From Patescibacteria group bacterium (GTDB lineage Bacteria; Patescibacteriota; Patescibacteriia; SBBC01; CAIJZX01), in assembly GCA_038065275.1 (NCBI GenBank), contig JBBTRH010000005.1, positions 103,195 to 167,194 of the forward strand: a stretch of 64,000 nucleotides of DNA. Direction: 5' to 3'. Position numbers and translations under genes: made by a program. The notes beneath the pieces were generated by a model. That model searched no databases and had not been told where the DNA came from. It was given only the letters and a program-made list of their open reading frames with translations. Shown here piece after piece: positions 18,105 to 26,235 of the stretch. The stretch's first letter is position 1, and each line of letters opens with the position of its first letter.

Positions 18105-19022
18105 ATGGCGACGACCTACGATTTCGTGGCCGCGAACAAACGGCGTTCAGCGTTGCTGATCGCCGTTTTCGTGGTGGTCATCGTGGCCGTCGGCTGGGTT
18201 TTTATGAAGCTCCTGGGTTACGGGCCGATCGGATTAGTAATCGCCGTCATCGTCGCGGTCGGCATGAGCCTAGTCGGTTATTACAGCGGTGACAAAATTG
18301 CCCTGGCCACCGCCGGCGCCCAAGGTCCGATCAAGAAAGAAGACCAGGCTTACCTCTACACAATGGTGGAAAATTTGTGTATCGCCGCCGGTTTGCCGAT
18401 GCCGCGGGTCTACCTGATGAATGATCCGCAAATCAACGCCTTCGCCACCGGTCGCGGTCCGGAGCGCGCTTCGATCGCCGTCACCACCGGCGCGATTGAA
18501 CAATTAGAGAATGAGGAATTGGAAGGCGTCCTGGCGCATGAACTGTCGCACGTAAAAAATTATGACGTTCGTTACATGACCTTAGTCGCCATTTTAGTCG
18601 GTATTCTGACTCTGCTGTCCAATTATTTTTGGCGGGCAAGTTTTTTCGGCGGGCGGCGGCGCGGTAATGACTCGGGTGGCGGGCAATTGCAAGCGATCTT
18701 CATGATTATCGGCCTGGTCCTAATCATCATCGCCCCCATTCTCGGCCAGCTAATCCAGCTGGCCGTCTCGCGCAAACGCGAATTCTTGGCCGACGCGTCG
18801 GGCACCTTGTTGACGCGGTATCCGGAAGGATTAGCTCGCGCCTTAGAAAAAATCGGCGCCACGACCAGTCCGCTGGATCACGCCAACCAAGCCACCGCGC
18901 ACCTGTACATCAGCAATCCGTTCGGCCCGCAAGCGAAAGGAATGAGTAAACTGTTCAGCACCCATCCCCCGATCGCCGAACGCGTTAAAGCATTGCGGGC
19001 AATGGATCATTCCCCGGCATAG
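18105..19022 (+). CDS. htpX: HtpX-like M48 zinc metalloprotease
   Basis: HELSHV (HExxH) motif, four TM segments, 6 nt downstream of lemA. Confidence 0.85.
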   Translation: MATTYDFVAANKRRSALLIAVFVVVIVAVGWVFMKLLGYGPIGLVIAVIVAVGMSLVGYYSGDKIALATAGAQGPIKKEDQAYLYTMVENLCIAAGLPMPRVYLMNDPQINAFATGRGPERASIAVTTGAIEQLENEELEGVLAHELSHVKNYDVRYMTLVAILVGILTLLSNYFWRASFFGGRRRGNDSGGGQLQAIFMIIGLVLIIIAPILGQLIQLAVSRKREFLADASGTLLTRYPEGLARALEKIGATTSPLDHANQATAHLYISNPFGPQAKGMSKLFSTHPPIAERVKALRAMDHSPA

Positions 19023-19049
19023 TTTTCACCCACTAAACCACCGGCGTTT

Positions 19050-19793
19050 ATGGAACAGCAGTCTGTCACGCCAACATCGAAGCCGCCGATGCGGCCGTTC
19101 ATGGACCTCTTCCGCGACGCCTGGGCGCGTTACAACCAACGGTTCATCATGCTGATGGGCATTTCTCTGCTGGCCAACGCGGGTGCGATTGGGGATTTGG
19201 TTTATCACCAGTTGGCCCGCCTGGCGGTCGCGCCCGGCAGTCTATTGGCCGCTCAAATCGCGATCTGGCTGATCGGAGCGGCGCTCAGCGTTTGGGGTTA
19301 CTTGGCGCTGTACGCCAGCGTCTGCCGGCCGAAACAGGTAGCCTCGGTCAGCCAAGCCTTTCGCGTCGGCGGGCCGTTTTTCCTGTCCAGCCTGACGACC
19401 GGCATTTTGGTCGGAGCCTGGGTACTGCTGGGGCTGATCCTGCTGATTCTGCCGGGCATTTATTGGGCTACACTGTACAGTGTGGCCATGTTCGTCGTCT
19501 TTAAGGAGGGGTTGACCAACACCGCCGCCTTGGCTCGCAGTAAGCAATTAGTCAAGCCGCATTGGTCGGGCGTGCTGTGGCGCCAATTGGGTTTTGGACT
19601 GGTGGTAGTCGTGCCGGCCACCGCCATTACGATGATATTGCCGCTCGGTTTTAAAGTCCTGCCGCCAGCCGTCGAATTGCTGGCCAATGACGCCGCCGTT
19701 TTGATTCTTAACGTCTTGTTGTATCCGGCTGGGCTGTTGTTTTTAACCACCATCTACGAGAACCTAGTCGAGCTCCAGGCTAAGCCGGCGTAA
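19050..19793 (+). CDS. polytopic membrane protein, hypothetical
   Basis: 247 aa with multiple hydrophobic helices. Confidence 0.5.
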   Translation: MEQQSVTPTSKPPMRPFMDLFRDAWARYNQRFIMLMGISLLANAGAIGDLVYHQLARLAVAPGSLLAAQIAIWLIGAALSVWGYLALYASVCRPKQVASVSQAFRVGGPFFLSSLTTGILVGAWVLLGLILLILPGIYWATLYSVAMFVVFKEGLTNTAALARSKQLVKPHWSGVLWRQLGFGLVVVVPATAITMILPLGFKVLPPAVELLANDAAVLILNVLLYPAGLLFLTTIYENLVELQAKPA

Positions 19794-19819
19794 CGCACGA
19801 CTGTTCTTCCACCACGCCA

Positions 19820-19845
19820 CATCGCACGCTTGAGAGCGTGCGATG
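19820..19845 (+). terminator. perfect 11-bp stem hairpin CATCGCACGCT-tgag-AGCGTGCGATG
   Basis: 27 nt after the stop of 19050..19793. No U-tract. Confidence 0.4.
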
Positions 19846-19917
19846 TAGAGAAGAGGGGTCACGACCTGACGACGTTTTCCTTTTTACGCGCCGCTAACTC
19901 TCCGGGGGGGTTTTTCG

Positions 19918-19946
19918 GTTGACACGGTCATTCGTTTCTGGTAGCC
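19918..19946 (+). promoter_or_regulatory. sigma70-like promoter TTGACA-N17-TAGCCT upstream of clpC
   Basis: -35 TTGACA at 19918..19923. Weak -10. Confidence 0.3.
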
Positions 19947-19950
19947 TGCG

Positions 19951-22542
19951 GTGGACGCATCTATAAACATGGACGATCTCAAACCCGACATCCTGGCCAA
20001 GTTCACGGCTCACCTCAACAGCGCCCTGACCTACGCGGCGGAGTTGACCGTCGAGCTGAAAAACCGCTATGTCAACCCCGAACATCTGCTGTTCGGCTTG
20101 GCGGAAACGAAAGGCGGCGTGGCCCACGAACTCCTGCGGAAGTCGGGCGTCAAACTCGACGCCCTGCGCGATTTAATTTCCGTGCGCAATGAACCGTTGA
20201 CCAAGCCGGGCCTTAGCCTGACCTTAACTGACGTCAAGTTTTCCCTGCCCGCTAAACGCGTCCTGGAAAAGGCCGTCTTGATCGCCGCCAACTACCACCA
20301 CAAGTACGTTGGGACCGAGCACGTGTTCGCTGGATTGCTGGAAATCGGCGACCCGACGCTCGAACAAATCATGAAGGAAAACGGCTTGAACGTCCGCGAA
20401 GCGAAACGCCAATTGGTCAGCGTCCTCAATAATACCTCGAAATTTCCCGACCTGGCCGGGTTTTTCGAGGGCGGATCCGAACCAGCTCAGCCGGAAGAGG
20501 CCATCGTCGCCCCCGGCGGGCCCGGCCGCCAGCCCGGAACCGGCCAGCATCCGGCCCTGGAATTTTTCGCCACCGATCTGACCAATGACCAGGTGCAAAC
20601 GACCATTGATCCGGTCATCGGCCGCCAGCGGGAGATTGAACGCGTCATCCACATCCTGTCCCGCCGGACGAAGAACAATCCCGTCCTGATCGGCGATCCC
20701 GGCGTCGGCAAGACGGCCATCGTTGAAGGCCTAGCCAAAAAAATTCTCCGCGGCGAGGTGCCGGAAGCGTTGCAACACAAGCGTATCTTAGCTCTCGATT
20801 TAGGCTTAGTCGTGGCTGGCACGATGTACCGCGGCGAATTCGAATCGCGCTTGAAGCAGATTATCGACGAAATCAAGGCCGATCCGAGCATTATCCTGTT
20901 CATTGACGAACTTCATACCATCATCGGCGCCGGGGCCGCCTCGGGCTCAATGGACGCCGCCAACCTGCTCAAACCGGCCCTGGCCAAGGGACAGATCCGG
21001 ACCATCGGCGCCACCACCCTGGAAGAATACAAGAAACATATCGAATCCGACGCGGCGCTGGAACGCCGTTTCCAGCCGGTGATCGTCGACGAACCGTCGC
21101 CGGCCGACACCCTCAGCATCCTCAAGGGCGTCCGGTCGAATTACGAGAAGTTCCACCATGTGGCGATTTCCGACGAAGCCATCGACGCGGCGGTCCAGCT
21201 GTCCGTCCGTTATCTCCAAGACCGCTTCTTGCCGGATAAAGCCATTGATCTGATCGACGAGGCCGCCTCAAAGCTCAAGGTCAGCCGCGGCAGTTCGCCG
21301 CTGGCCAAACAGCTCCGCCAGCTGGAAGAGCAGTTGGCTGATTTACACCGCCGCAAGCACCAGGCCGTTCAAGCTGAGCAGTTCGACGAAGCGCTGACTC
21401 TCAAGCACGACGAGCAAGCGCTACGCCAGAAGATCGTCAAACTCGAAAATCGCGAGCGGGCCGGTCCGGTCTCAACGGTCGGCACCATCGGCCAGCGGGA
21501 CATCGCCGACGTGATAGCCCGGATAACTGGCGTGCCGGTCGCCGACCTGGTCCAATCAGAGCGGCAACGGCTACTCAACCTCGACACGTTACTGCAACAG
21601 CGCATCGTCGGTCAAGATGAAGCCTTGCACACCATTGCCGACTTTATCCGCCGTTCCCGCGTCGGATTGGCCAACCCGAATAAGCCGATCGCGTCGTTCA
21701 TCTTCCTCGGCCCCTCCGGCGTCGGGAAGACCGAGACCGTTAAAGAGATCGCCCGCACGGTGTTCGAGGATGCGAGCGCGCTGATCCGCATCGATATGTC
21801 CGAATTCCAGGAGAGTTTCAACATCAGCAAGCTGATCGGCGCGCCGGCCGGTTACGTCGGCTACAAAGAGGGCGCCAAACTGACCGACGCCGTTAAGCGC
21901 AAACCGTACGCGGTCGTGCTGTTCGACGAAATAGAAAAGGCCCACCCCGACGTTTTCAATCTTCTGCTCCAGGTGCTCGACGAAGGACATTTGACCGATG
22001 CGGTGGGCAAGCGCGTGAATTTCAAGAACACCATCGTCATCATGACCTCGAACATCGGCCTGCAGGGGTTCAACCAAGCGCAGTCGATCGGGTTCGAAGT
22101 AACCGACCGGCCGGCCAAGCGGAAACTCGACGATGACTACGCCGCGCTGAAGGAGCGGGTGCTGGAAGAACTGCGCCGGACCTTCCGACCGGAGTTCCTG
22201 AACCGCATCGACCAGACCATCGTCTACCGGCCGTTGGCCCTGGCTTCAGTCGAGAAGATCGTCGAGTTGCATATGGCGGAAGTTCAATCCCGCTTGGCTA
22301 AGCAGAAGATTAAAATCAAAGTCTCGACCACCGCCCGCAAAAAGATCGCCGCCCTGGGTTTCAGCCCCGAGTACGGAGCCCGCGCCGTCCGGCGCGTCAT
22401 CCAGGAACAGGTCGAGAACCCCTTAGCCGGCCTGTTGCTCAACGGACAGTTGAAAGACGGCCAGACCGTCCAGGTCGGACTCCACCAGGGGAAGCTGGTT
22501 TTAGCCCCGTTAGAGGCGTTGAAACGGAAGGTCAGTCGATAG
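19951..22542 (+). CDS. clpC: ATP-dependent Clp chaperone ClpC/ClpB family
   Basis: 863 aa. Clp-N repeats, two AAA+ modules ([16 protein letters not shown]), short middle linker. Start may be 19969 (MDDLKPD..). Confidence 0.85.
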   Translation: MDASINMDDLKPDILAKFTAHLNSALTYAAELTVELKNRYVNPEHLLFGLAETKGGVAHELLRKSGVKLDALRDLISVRNEPLTKPGLSLTLTDVKFSLPAKRVLEKAVLIAANYHHKYVGTEHVFAGLLEIGDPTLEQIMKENGLNVREAKRQLVSVLNNTSKFPDLAGFFEGGSEPAQPEEAIVAPGGPGRQPGTGQHPALEFFATDLTNDQVQTTIDPVIGRQREIERVIHILSRRTKNNPVLIGDPGVGKTAIVEGLAKKILRGEVPEALQHKRILALDLGLVVAGTMYRGEFESRLKQIIDEIKADPSIILFIDELHTIIGAGAASGSMDAANLLKPALAKGQIRTIGATTLEEYKKHIESDAALERRFQPVIVDEPSPADTLSILKGVRSNYEKFHHVAISDEAIDAAVQLSVRYLQDRFLPDKAIDLIDEAASKLKVSRGSSPLAKQLRQLEEQLADLHRRKHQAVQAEQFDEALTLKHDEQALRQKIVKLENRERAGPVSTVGTIGQRDIADVIARITGVPVADLVQSERQRLLNLDTLLQQRIVGQDEALHTIADFIRRSRVGLANPNKPIASFIFLGPSGVGKTETVKEIARTVFEDASALIRIDMSEFQESFNISKLIGAPAGYVGYKEGAKLTDAVKRKPYAVVLFDEIEKAHPDVFNLLLQVLDEGHLTDAVGKRVNFKNTIVIMTSNIGLQGFNQAQSIGFEVTDRPAKRKLDDDYAALKERVLEELRRTFRPEFLNRIDQTIVYRPLALASVEKIVELHMAEVQSRLAKQKIKIKVSTTARKKIAALGFSPEYGARAVRRVIQEQVENPLAGLLLNGQLKDGQTVQVGLHQGKLVLAPLEALKRKVSR

Positions 22543-22578
22543 ACGGTTGTTGTTCTCCGATACGTGGCCGTAGTAGGA

Positions 22579-22607
22579 TTGACAAATCACCAGACCTAAG
22601 ATAAATT
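22579..22607 (+). promoter_or_regulatory. sigma70-like promoter TTGACA-N17-TAAATT just after clpC
   Basis: Inside the direct repeat GGATTGACAAA that recurs at 23203..23213. Confidence 0.35.
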
Positions 22608-22796
22608 AGGCCCAGTGACTTGGCACGCGTACTGCCGTTTTGTTTTCCTTGTCATTTCGAGCCCATTTTCTTTTTTGTCATTTCGACCCCGAGCCGGGTC
22701 GAGGGGGAGAAATCTGCTCTGAGATAACAGAAGCGCAACATGAACAACAAATTCTACAGGGAGTGATTACGGTCTACAATATTTTTAGCAGTTGAA

Positions 22797-23099
22797 ATGA
22801 GATGCGAACGACAATATTTCGTTTATATGATGGCTAGCGTCAATCGTCGGGCCTTGTATATTGGCGTGACGAATAACCTCATCCGACGCGTGCTTGAACA
22901 CAAACGCGGTGACGTGGCTGGTTTTACGAAACAATATCATTGCGTTGTCTTAGCTTGGTACGATGTAACCGACGACGTGGCGGGAGCAATTGATACAGAA
23001 AAACGAATTAAAAAATGGCGTCGCTCGAAAAAGAATGCCTTAATTGAAACGATCAATCCAAACTGGCTCGACTTAACGTCACAAATACTAGACGGGTAG
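22797..23099 (+). CDS. GIY-YIG nuclease superfamily small protein (UPF0213/YhbQ-like)
   Basis: YFVYMMASVNRRALYIGVTNNLIRRVLEHKRG matches the GIY-YIG core. Confidence 0.7.
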   Translation: MRCERQYFVYMMASVNRRALYIGVTNNLIRRVLEHKRGDVAGFTKQYHCVVLAWYDVTDDVAGAIDTEKRIKKWRRSKKNALIETINPNWLDLTSQILDG

Positions 23100-23243
23100 G
23101 GGGGCAGATCTCTCGCTTCGCTACGGCTTCGCTCGAGATGACAGGAGGCGTGGTGCTCTGTTCGAGATGACAGGGGGGTTTGCGTTTTAGTTGATGGGGC
23201 TGGATTGACAAAACCAAAGCTTATGTATTAACCTTAGAAGACA

Positions 23244-23969
23244 ATGGTTTGGCGTTCCGCCCTAGGCGGATTAGCTCAGTTTTTTATGTTCCTCGTCACC
23301 AAGTTCATCGATCTCATCTTCCCGCCGCTGTGCGTCCACTGCGGCCGCGAGGGCGCTTGGCTGTGCCTAACCGCCCAGACCAGCCTCAACCATGAACAAC
23401 TGTTGATTGATCCCCTGCCCATTCGCGGCGTGGATCGTGTCATCACCCGCGGCTCGTACGACTGCGAACCGCTAGCCCAGCTGATCCAGAAATTGAAATA
23501 CCACTACTGGACCGGCCTGTCCGAAGTGTTGGTTGGCGTCCTGGAACCATGCCGTTCGGAATTGTCCGGGCTGGCCGACGCGGTCCTGGTCCCGGTCCCA
23601 TTACACCGGCGCCGCCAGCGCGAACGAGGGTTCAATCAATCGCTCCTCATCAGCCAGGCCCTGCGTCGCGTCACCGGCCGGCCAATCACACCCCTGCTGG
23701 CCTGCATGAAGTACACCGCTCCGCAGGCGCGCTTGTCGGCCGTTGCCCGGCTGACGAACATGATCGGCGCCTTCGGACGCGACCGGCGGGTTGCCAGCCA
23801 CCGTCGAACTACGCGCGGCGAGGCCCCGCCTGCTGGCGGTGGGTGGCCGTCATCTGTTATACTCGTCGATGACGTCATCACCACCGGATCGACCATGGCC
23901 GAGTGCGCGTCGGTTCTTCGACAACACGGTGTCCGCGACATTACGGCCGTGGCGCTGGCGAAAGGGTAA
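23244..23969 (+). CDS. comFC: competence protein ComFC (zinc ribbon plus phosphoribosyltransferase domain)
   Basis: CVHCG..WLC ribbon. PRTase motif VILVDDVITTGSTMAE. Confidence 0.75.
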   Translation: MVWRSALGGLAQFFMFLVTKFIDLIFPPLCVHCGREGAWLCLTAQTSLNHEQLLIDPLPIRGVDRVITRGSYDCEPLAQLIQKLKYHYWTGLSEVLVGVLEPCRSELSGLADAVLVPVPLHRRRQRERGFNQSLLISQALRRVTGRPITPLLACMKYTAPQARLSAVARLTNMIGAFGRDRRVASHRRTTRGEAPPAGGGWPSSVILVDDVITTGSTMAECASVLRQHGVRDITAVALAKG

Positions 23970-23979
23970 TGCCAAGAGC

Positions 23980-24000
23980 GGAGAGGTGGCCGAGTGGCTG
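23980..24000 (+). pseudogene. truncated tRNA-Ser 5' fragment (GGAGAGGTGGCCGAGTGGCTG) followed by hairpin CCGGTCATCCGACCGG
   Basis: Identical to the first 21 nt of the intact tRNA-Ser(GCT) at 24527. No 3' half. Confidence 0.5.
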
Positions 24001-24084
24001 TCCGGTCATCCGACCGGATAAAAGGGCAGAGTTGCGGTTTATGAAATATTGGCGGCTTGGTAATGGTAATAAAGTGATTCGCTT

Positions 24085-24360
24085 ATGACATATGTTTATT
24101 TCTTACTGCTAAATAATGGTACAATCTACAAGGGCGCGACCGAATCGGTTAAACACCGTCTCGTAGAACATCGCTCCGGCCAAGTCAAATCGACGAGAAG
24201 TTACCTACCAGTGGTATTACTCGGTTATGAAGCATACAAATTGTCCAGCGACGCTTATCGAAGAGAACGATTTCTTAAAACAACCGAAGGTCGCAGGTTA
24301 TTACGTCAACAGTACCGGGATATTATTCAGGAAGAAATTATCAAACTAAAAACAACCTAA
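24085..24360 (+). CDS. GIY-YIG nuclease superfamily small protein, second copy
   Basis: YVYFLLLNNGTIYKGATESVKHRLVEHRSG. Flanked by two copies of the tRNA-Ser 5' fragment. Confidence 0.6.
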   Translation: MTYVYFLLLNNGTIYKGATESVKHRLVEHRSGQVKSTRSYLPVVLLGYEAYKLSSDAYRRERFLKTTEGRRLLRQQYRDIIQEEIIKLKTT

Positions 24361-24375
24361 ATCCTATCCCAGAGC

Positions 24376-24395
24376 GGAGAGGTGGCCGAGTGGCT
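24376..24395 (+). pseudogene. second truncated tRNA-Ser 5' fragment
   Basis: CAGAGCGGAGAGGTGGCCGAGTGGCT repeated (compare 23974..24000). Confidence 0.5.
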
Positions 24396-24526
24396 ACCCG
24401 CCTACGCCTGCTGGCTTCGGCGGATCCATCCTATCTGATCTTTGTGAAAGGAGATGGAAAGGCGGCAGGTTGTCCCGCCCCCTTAACAACACACTAGGTA
24501 ACGAAGGCGGGATCCCGCACCGGTGC

Positions 24527-24617
24527 GGAGAGGTGGCCGAGTGGCTGAAGGCGGCAGGTTGCTAACCTGTTATAGGGGGTTAAACCCTTATCGCGAGTTC
24601 GAATCTCGCCCTCTCCG
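24527..24617 (+). tRNA. tRNA-Ser (anticodon GCT)
   Basis: Full cloverleaf read by eye. Acceptor GGAGAGG/CCTCTCC, anticodon loop TTGCTAA, long variable arm, T-loop TTCGAAT. No encoded CCA. Confidence 0.75.
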
Positions 24618-25148
24618 CTCTGGTGCGGTGACTAACCTGTTATACGGGGTTAAACCCGTCCGGTCATCCGACCGGACGTCAGGGGTTAATCCCTTGACGT
24701 ATCGTGGGTTCTCCGCCTCCGTACCGCTTCGGCGGCACTGCGGCGGATCCGTCCGAAGTTGCCGCAGTAACGGAGGCGGAAAATTCCACCCTCTCCGCCC
24801 TGGGATGGTAAAATACTAAATCCTAGTCCGGTCGGATGACCGGATCGCCCTCTCCGCTCTGGGCAATAACGTCAGTTTGCCGACCACTGCCGAGCACTCT
24901 CGGCGGGGCCCGCCCGAAGGCGGTGGGTGGTCTTCCGCCTACGTCTGTCGGACTTCGGCGGATCCGCCCTACTTGACCGAAGTGAGCGGAGGCGGAAAAA
25001 CGATGGTCTTGTCACCGCACCAGAGCGGAGGAGTGCCGGAGTCCCCGAACCACTAATGGGTTCGGGGCAGGGGTTGAACGGGGCAGTCTTGTCACCGCCT
25101 TTGGCGGAAGGTTGGCTGAGTGGTCTAAACACAATTCATGGGGAGAGC

Positions 25149-25235
25149 GGAGGCGTGCGAGAGTGGTTGAATCGGGCAGTCTTGAAAACTGCTAGACCCG
25201 CAAGGGTCTCGTAGGTTCGAATCCTACCGCCTCCG
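25149..25235 (+). tRNA. tRNA-Ser (anticodon TGA)
   Basis: Acceptor GGAGGCG/CGCCTCC, anticodon loop CTTGAAA, variable arm AGACCCGCAAGGGTCT, T-loop TTCGAAT. Confidence 0.65.
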
Positions 25236-25366
25236 CTCTCCTTGTGAGTCTTGCCCGGCGGAGCCGGGTCCGGCTCTGCCGGAAAAACCGGAATACCCGC
25301 AAAGGATATCGAAAATTCCCCGCCCGCCCTTCCTATCCCCCCCTTCTCGGTTCTCAGCCGCTTCGT

Positions 25367-25375
25367 GCTATACTA
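25367..25375 (+). promoter_or_regulatory. extended -10 element TGCTATACT
   Basis: 11 nt upstream of inverted-repeat module 4. Confidence 0.4.
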
Positions 25376-25385
25376 TCCTCATGGT

Positions 25386-25455
25386 CCCGTTAGACGGGGC
25401 CTCCGACAAGTTTTAAACAATATGCAAAAACTCGTTTCCTTAACCGTCTAACGGG
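25386..25455. repeat. Inverted-repeat module 4: 12-bp arms CCCGTTAGACGG (25386..25397) and CCGTCTAACGGG (25444..25455) around a 46-bp AT-rich spacer
   Basis: Right arm plus G abuts the ATG at 25457. Variant with GAC in place of GAA. Confidence 0.75.
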
Positions 25456-25456
25456 G

Positions 25457-25948
25457 ATGCCCGACCCCCAAGAACCGCGCGGCGACGTGCTGATGGAGTG
25501 GACCTTCCCTGAGTTCGTCCGCCACGACCGCGGCCGAGCCTGGTACGTGGCCTACGCCGTCATCACCGCCGGACTGATTGTCTTCAGCGTGATGTCGAAG
25601 AACTACACCTTCGTCATGCTGTTGGTGTTACTGACCCTGGTCCTGCTCATCCGCCTCCGCCGCGAGCCGCCGCCGGTTCGTTTCGCCATCCGCGATGAAG
25701 GCATCGAAGTCGGCCATGATTACCACCCCTGGCGCGAGCTCAAAGAATTCTGGATCATCTACCGGCCGCCGATCGTCAAGAAGATTTACTTCACTTTCAA
25801 AAGCGGCCTGCGGCCGGAAATTGATGTGTCCCTGGAAACTGAGAACCCGGTCCGCGTCCGGCAATATCTCAGCGAACGGTTGCTCGAGAACGCCAGCCGC
25901 GAGGAAGAGCCGGCCGGCGACCAAATCACCCGGTACCTGAAAATTTAA
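25457..25948 (+). CDS. hypothetical membrane protein
   Basis: 163 aa with two TM helices. Start abuts module 4. Confidence 0.5.
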   Translation: MPDPQEPRGDVLMEWTFPEFVRHDRGRAWYVAYAVITAGLIVFSVMSKNYTFVMLLVLLTLVLLIRLRREPPPVRFAIRDEGIEVGHDYHPWRELKEFWIIYRPPIVKKIYFTFKSGLRPEIDVSLETENPVRVRQYLSERLLENASREEEPAGDQITRYLKI

Positions 25949-26040
25949 CGCGACGAATGCCTGACCGTCGTCCGGTCTTCTTGGCGGCGAACAGGACCGT
26001 CACGTTTTTCTAAGCACGGAAAATAATATGGAACGGAAAA

Positions 26041-26069
26041 TAGACAGCGTCTTTTCCATATGCTACCAT
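26041..26069 (+). promoter_or_regulatory. promoter TAGACA-N17-TGcTACCAT upstream of tRNA-Arg
   Basis: -35 at 26041..26046. Extended -10 at 26061..26069. Confidence 0.4.
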
Positions 26070-26082
26070 GGCCGAGCATTAC

Positions 26083-26159
26083 GCGCCCGTAGCTCAGTTG
26101 GATAGAGTACAAGCTTGCGGAGCTTGGGGTCGGAGGTTCGAATCCTCCCGGGCGCACCA
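26083..26159 (+). tRNA. tRNA-Arg (anticodon reads GCG; CCA encoded)
   Basis: Aligns position by position to E. coli tRNA-Arg(ACG), except for anticodon loop TTGCGGA. Confidence 0.8.
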
Positions 26160-26219
26160 ACTGACGGCGAGTTATGAAAGGGCGTTGTGGCCGACCGTTC
26201 GCGGGTCTGGTTGTTTGGG

Positions 26220-26228
26220 TGCTACAAT
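26220..26228 (+). promoter_or_regulatory. extended -10 TGCTACAAT 7 nt before the recG ATG (leaderless-type)
   Basis: TGCTACAAT-acccgcc-ATG. The predicted TSS coincides with the A of the start codon. Confidence 0.4.
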
Positions 26229-26235
26229 ACCCGCC

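Larger units (their letters stand above)
22576..23213 (+). mobile_element. putative GIY-YIG cassette bounded by 11-bp direct repeats GGATTGACAAA and containing duplicated inverted repeats TGTCAT(T/C)TCGAG
   Basis: Direct repeat at 22576..22586 and 23203..23213. Inverted repeats at 22650..22689 and 23131..23174. Confidence 0.3.

Noticed and set aside
24360-25140. CRISPR array suspected from the many short GC-rich repeats
   Set aside because: The repeats are irregular in length and spacing. They occur in both orientations. They are recognisably tRNA-Ser fragments or hairpins. No cas genes are present.
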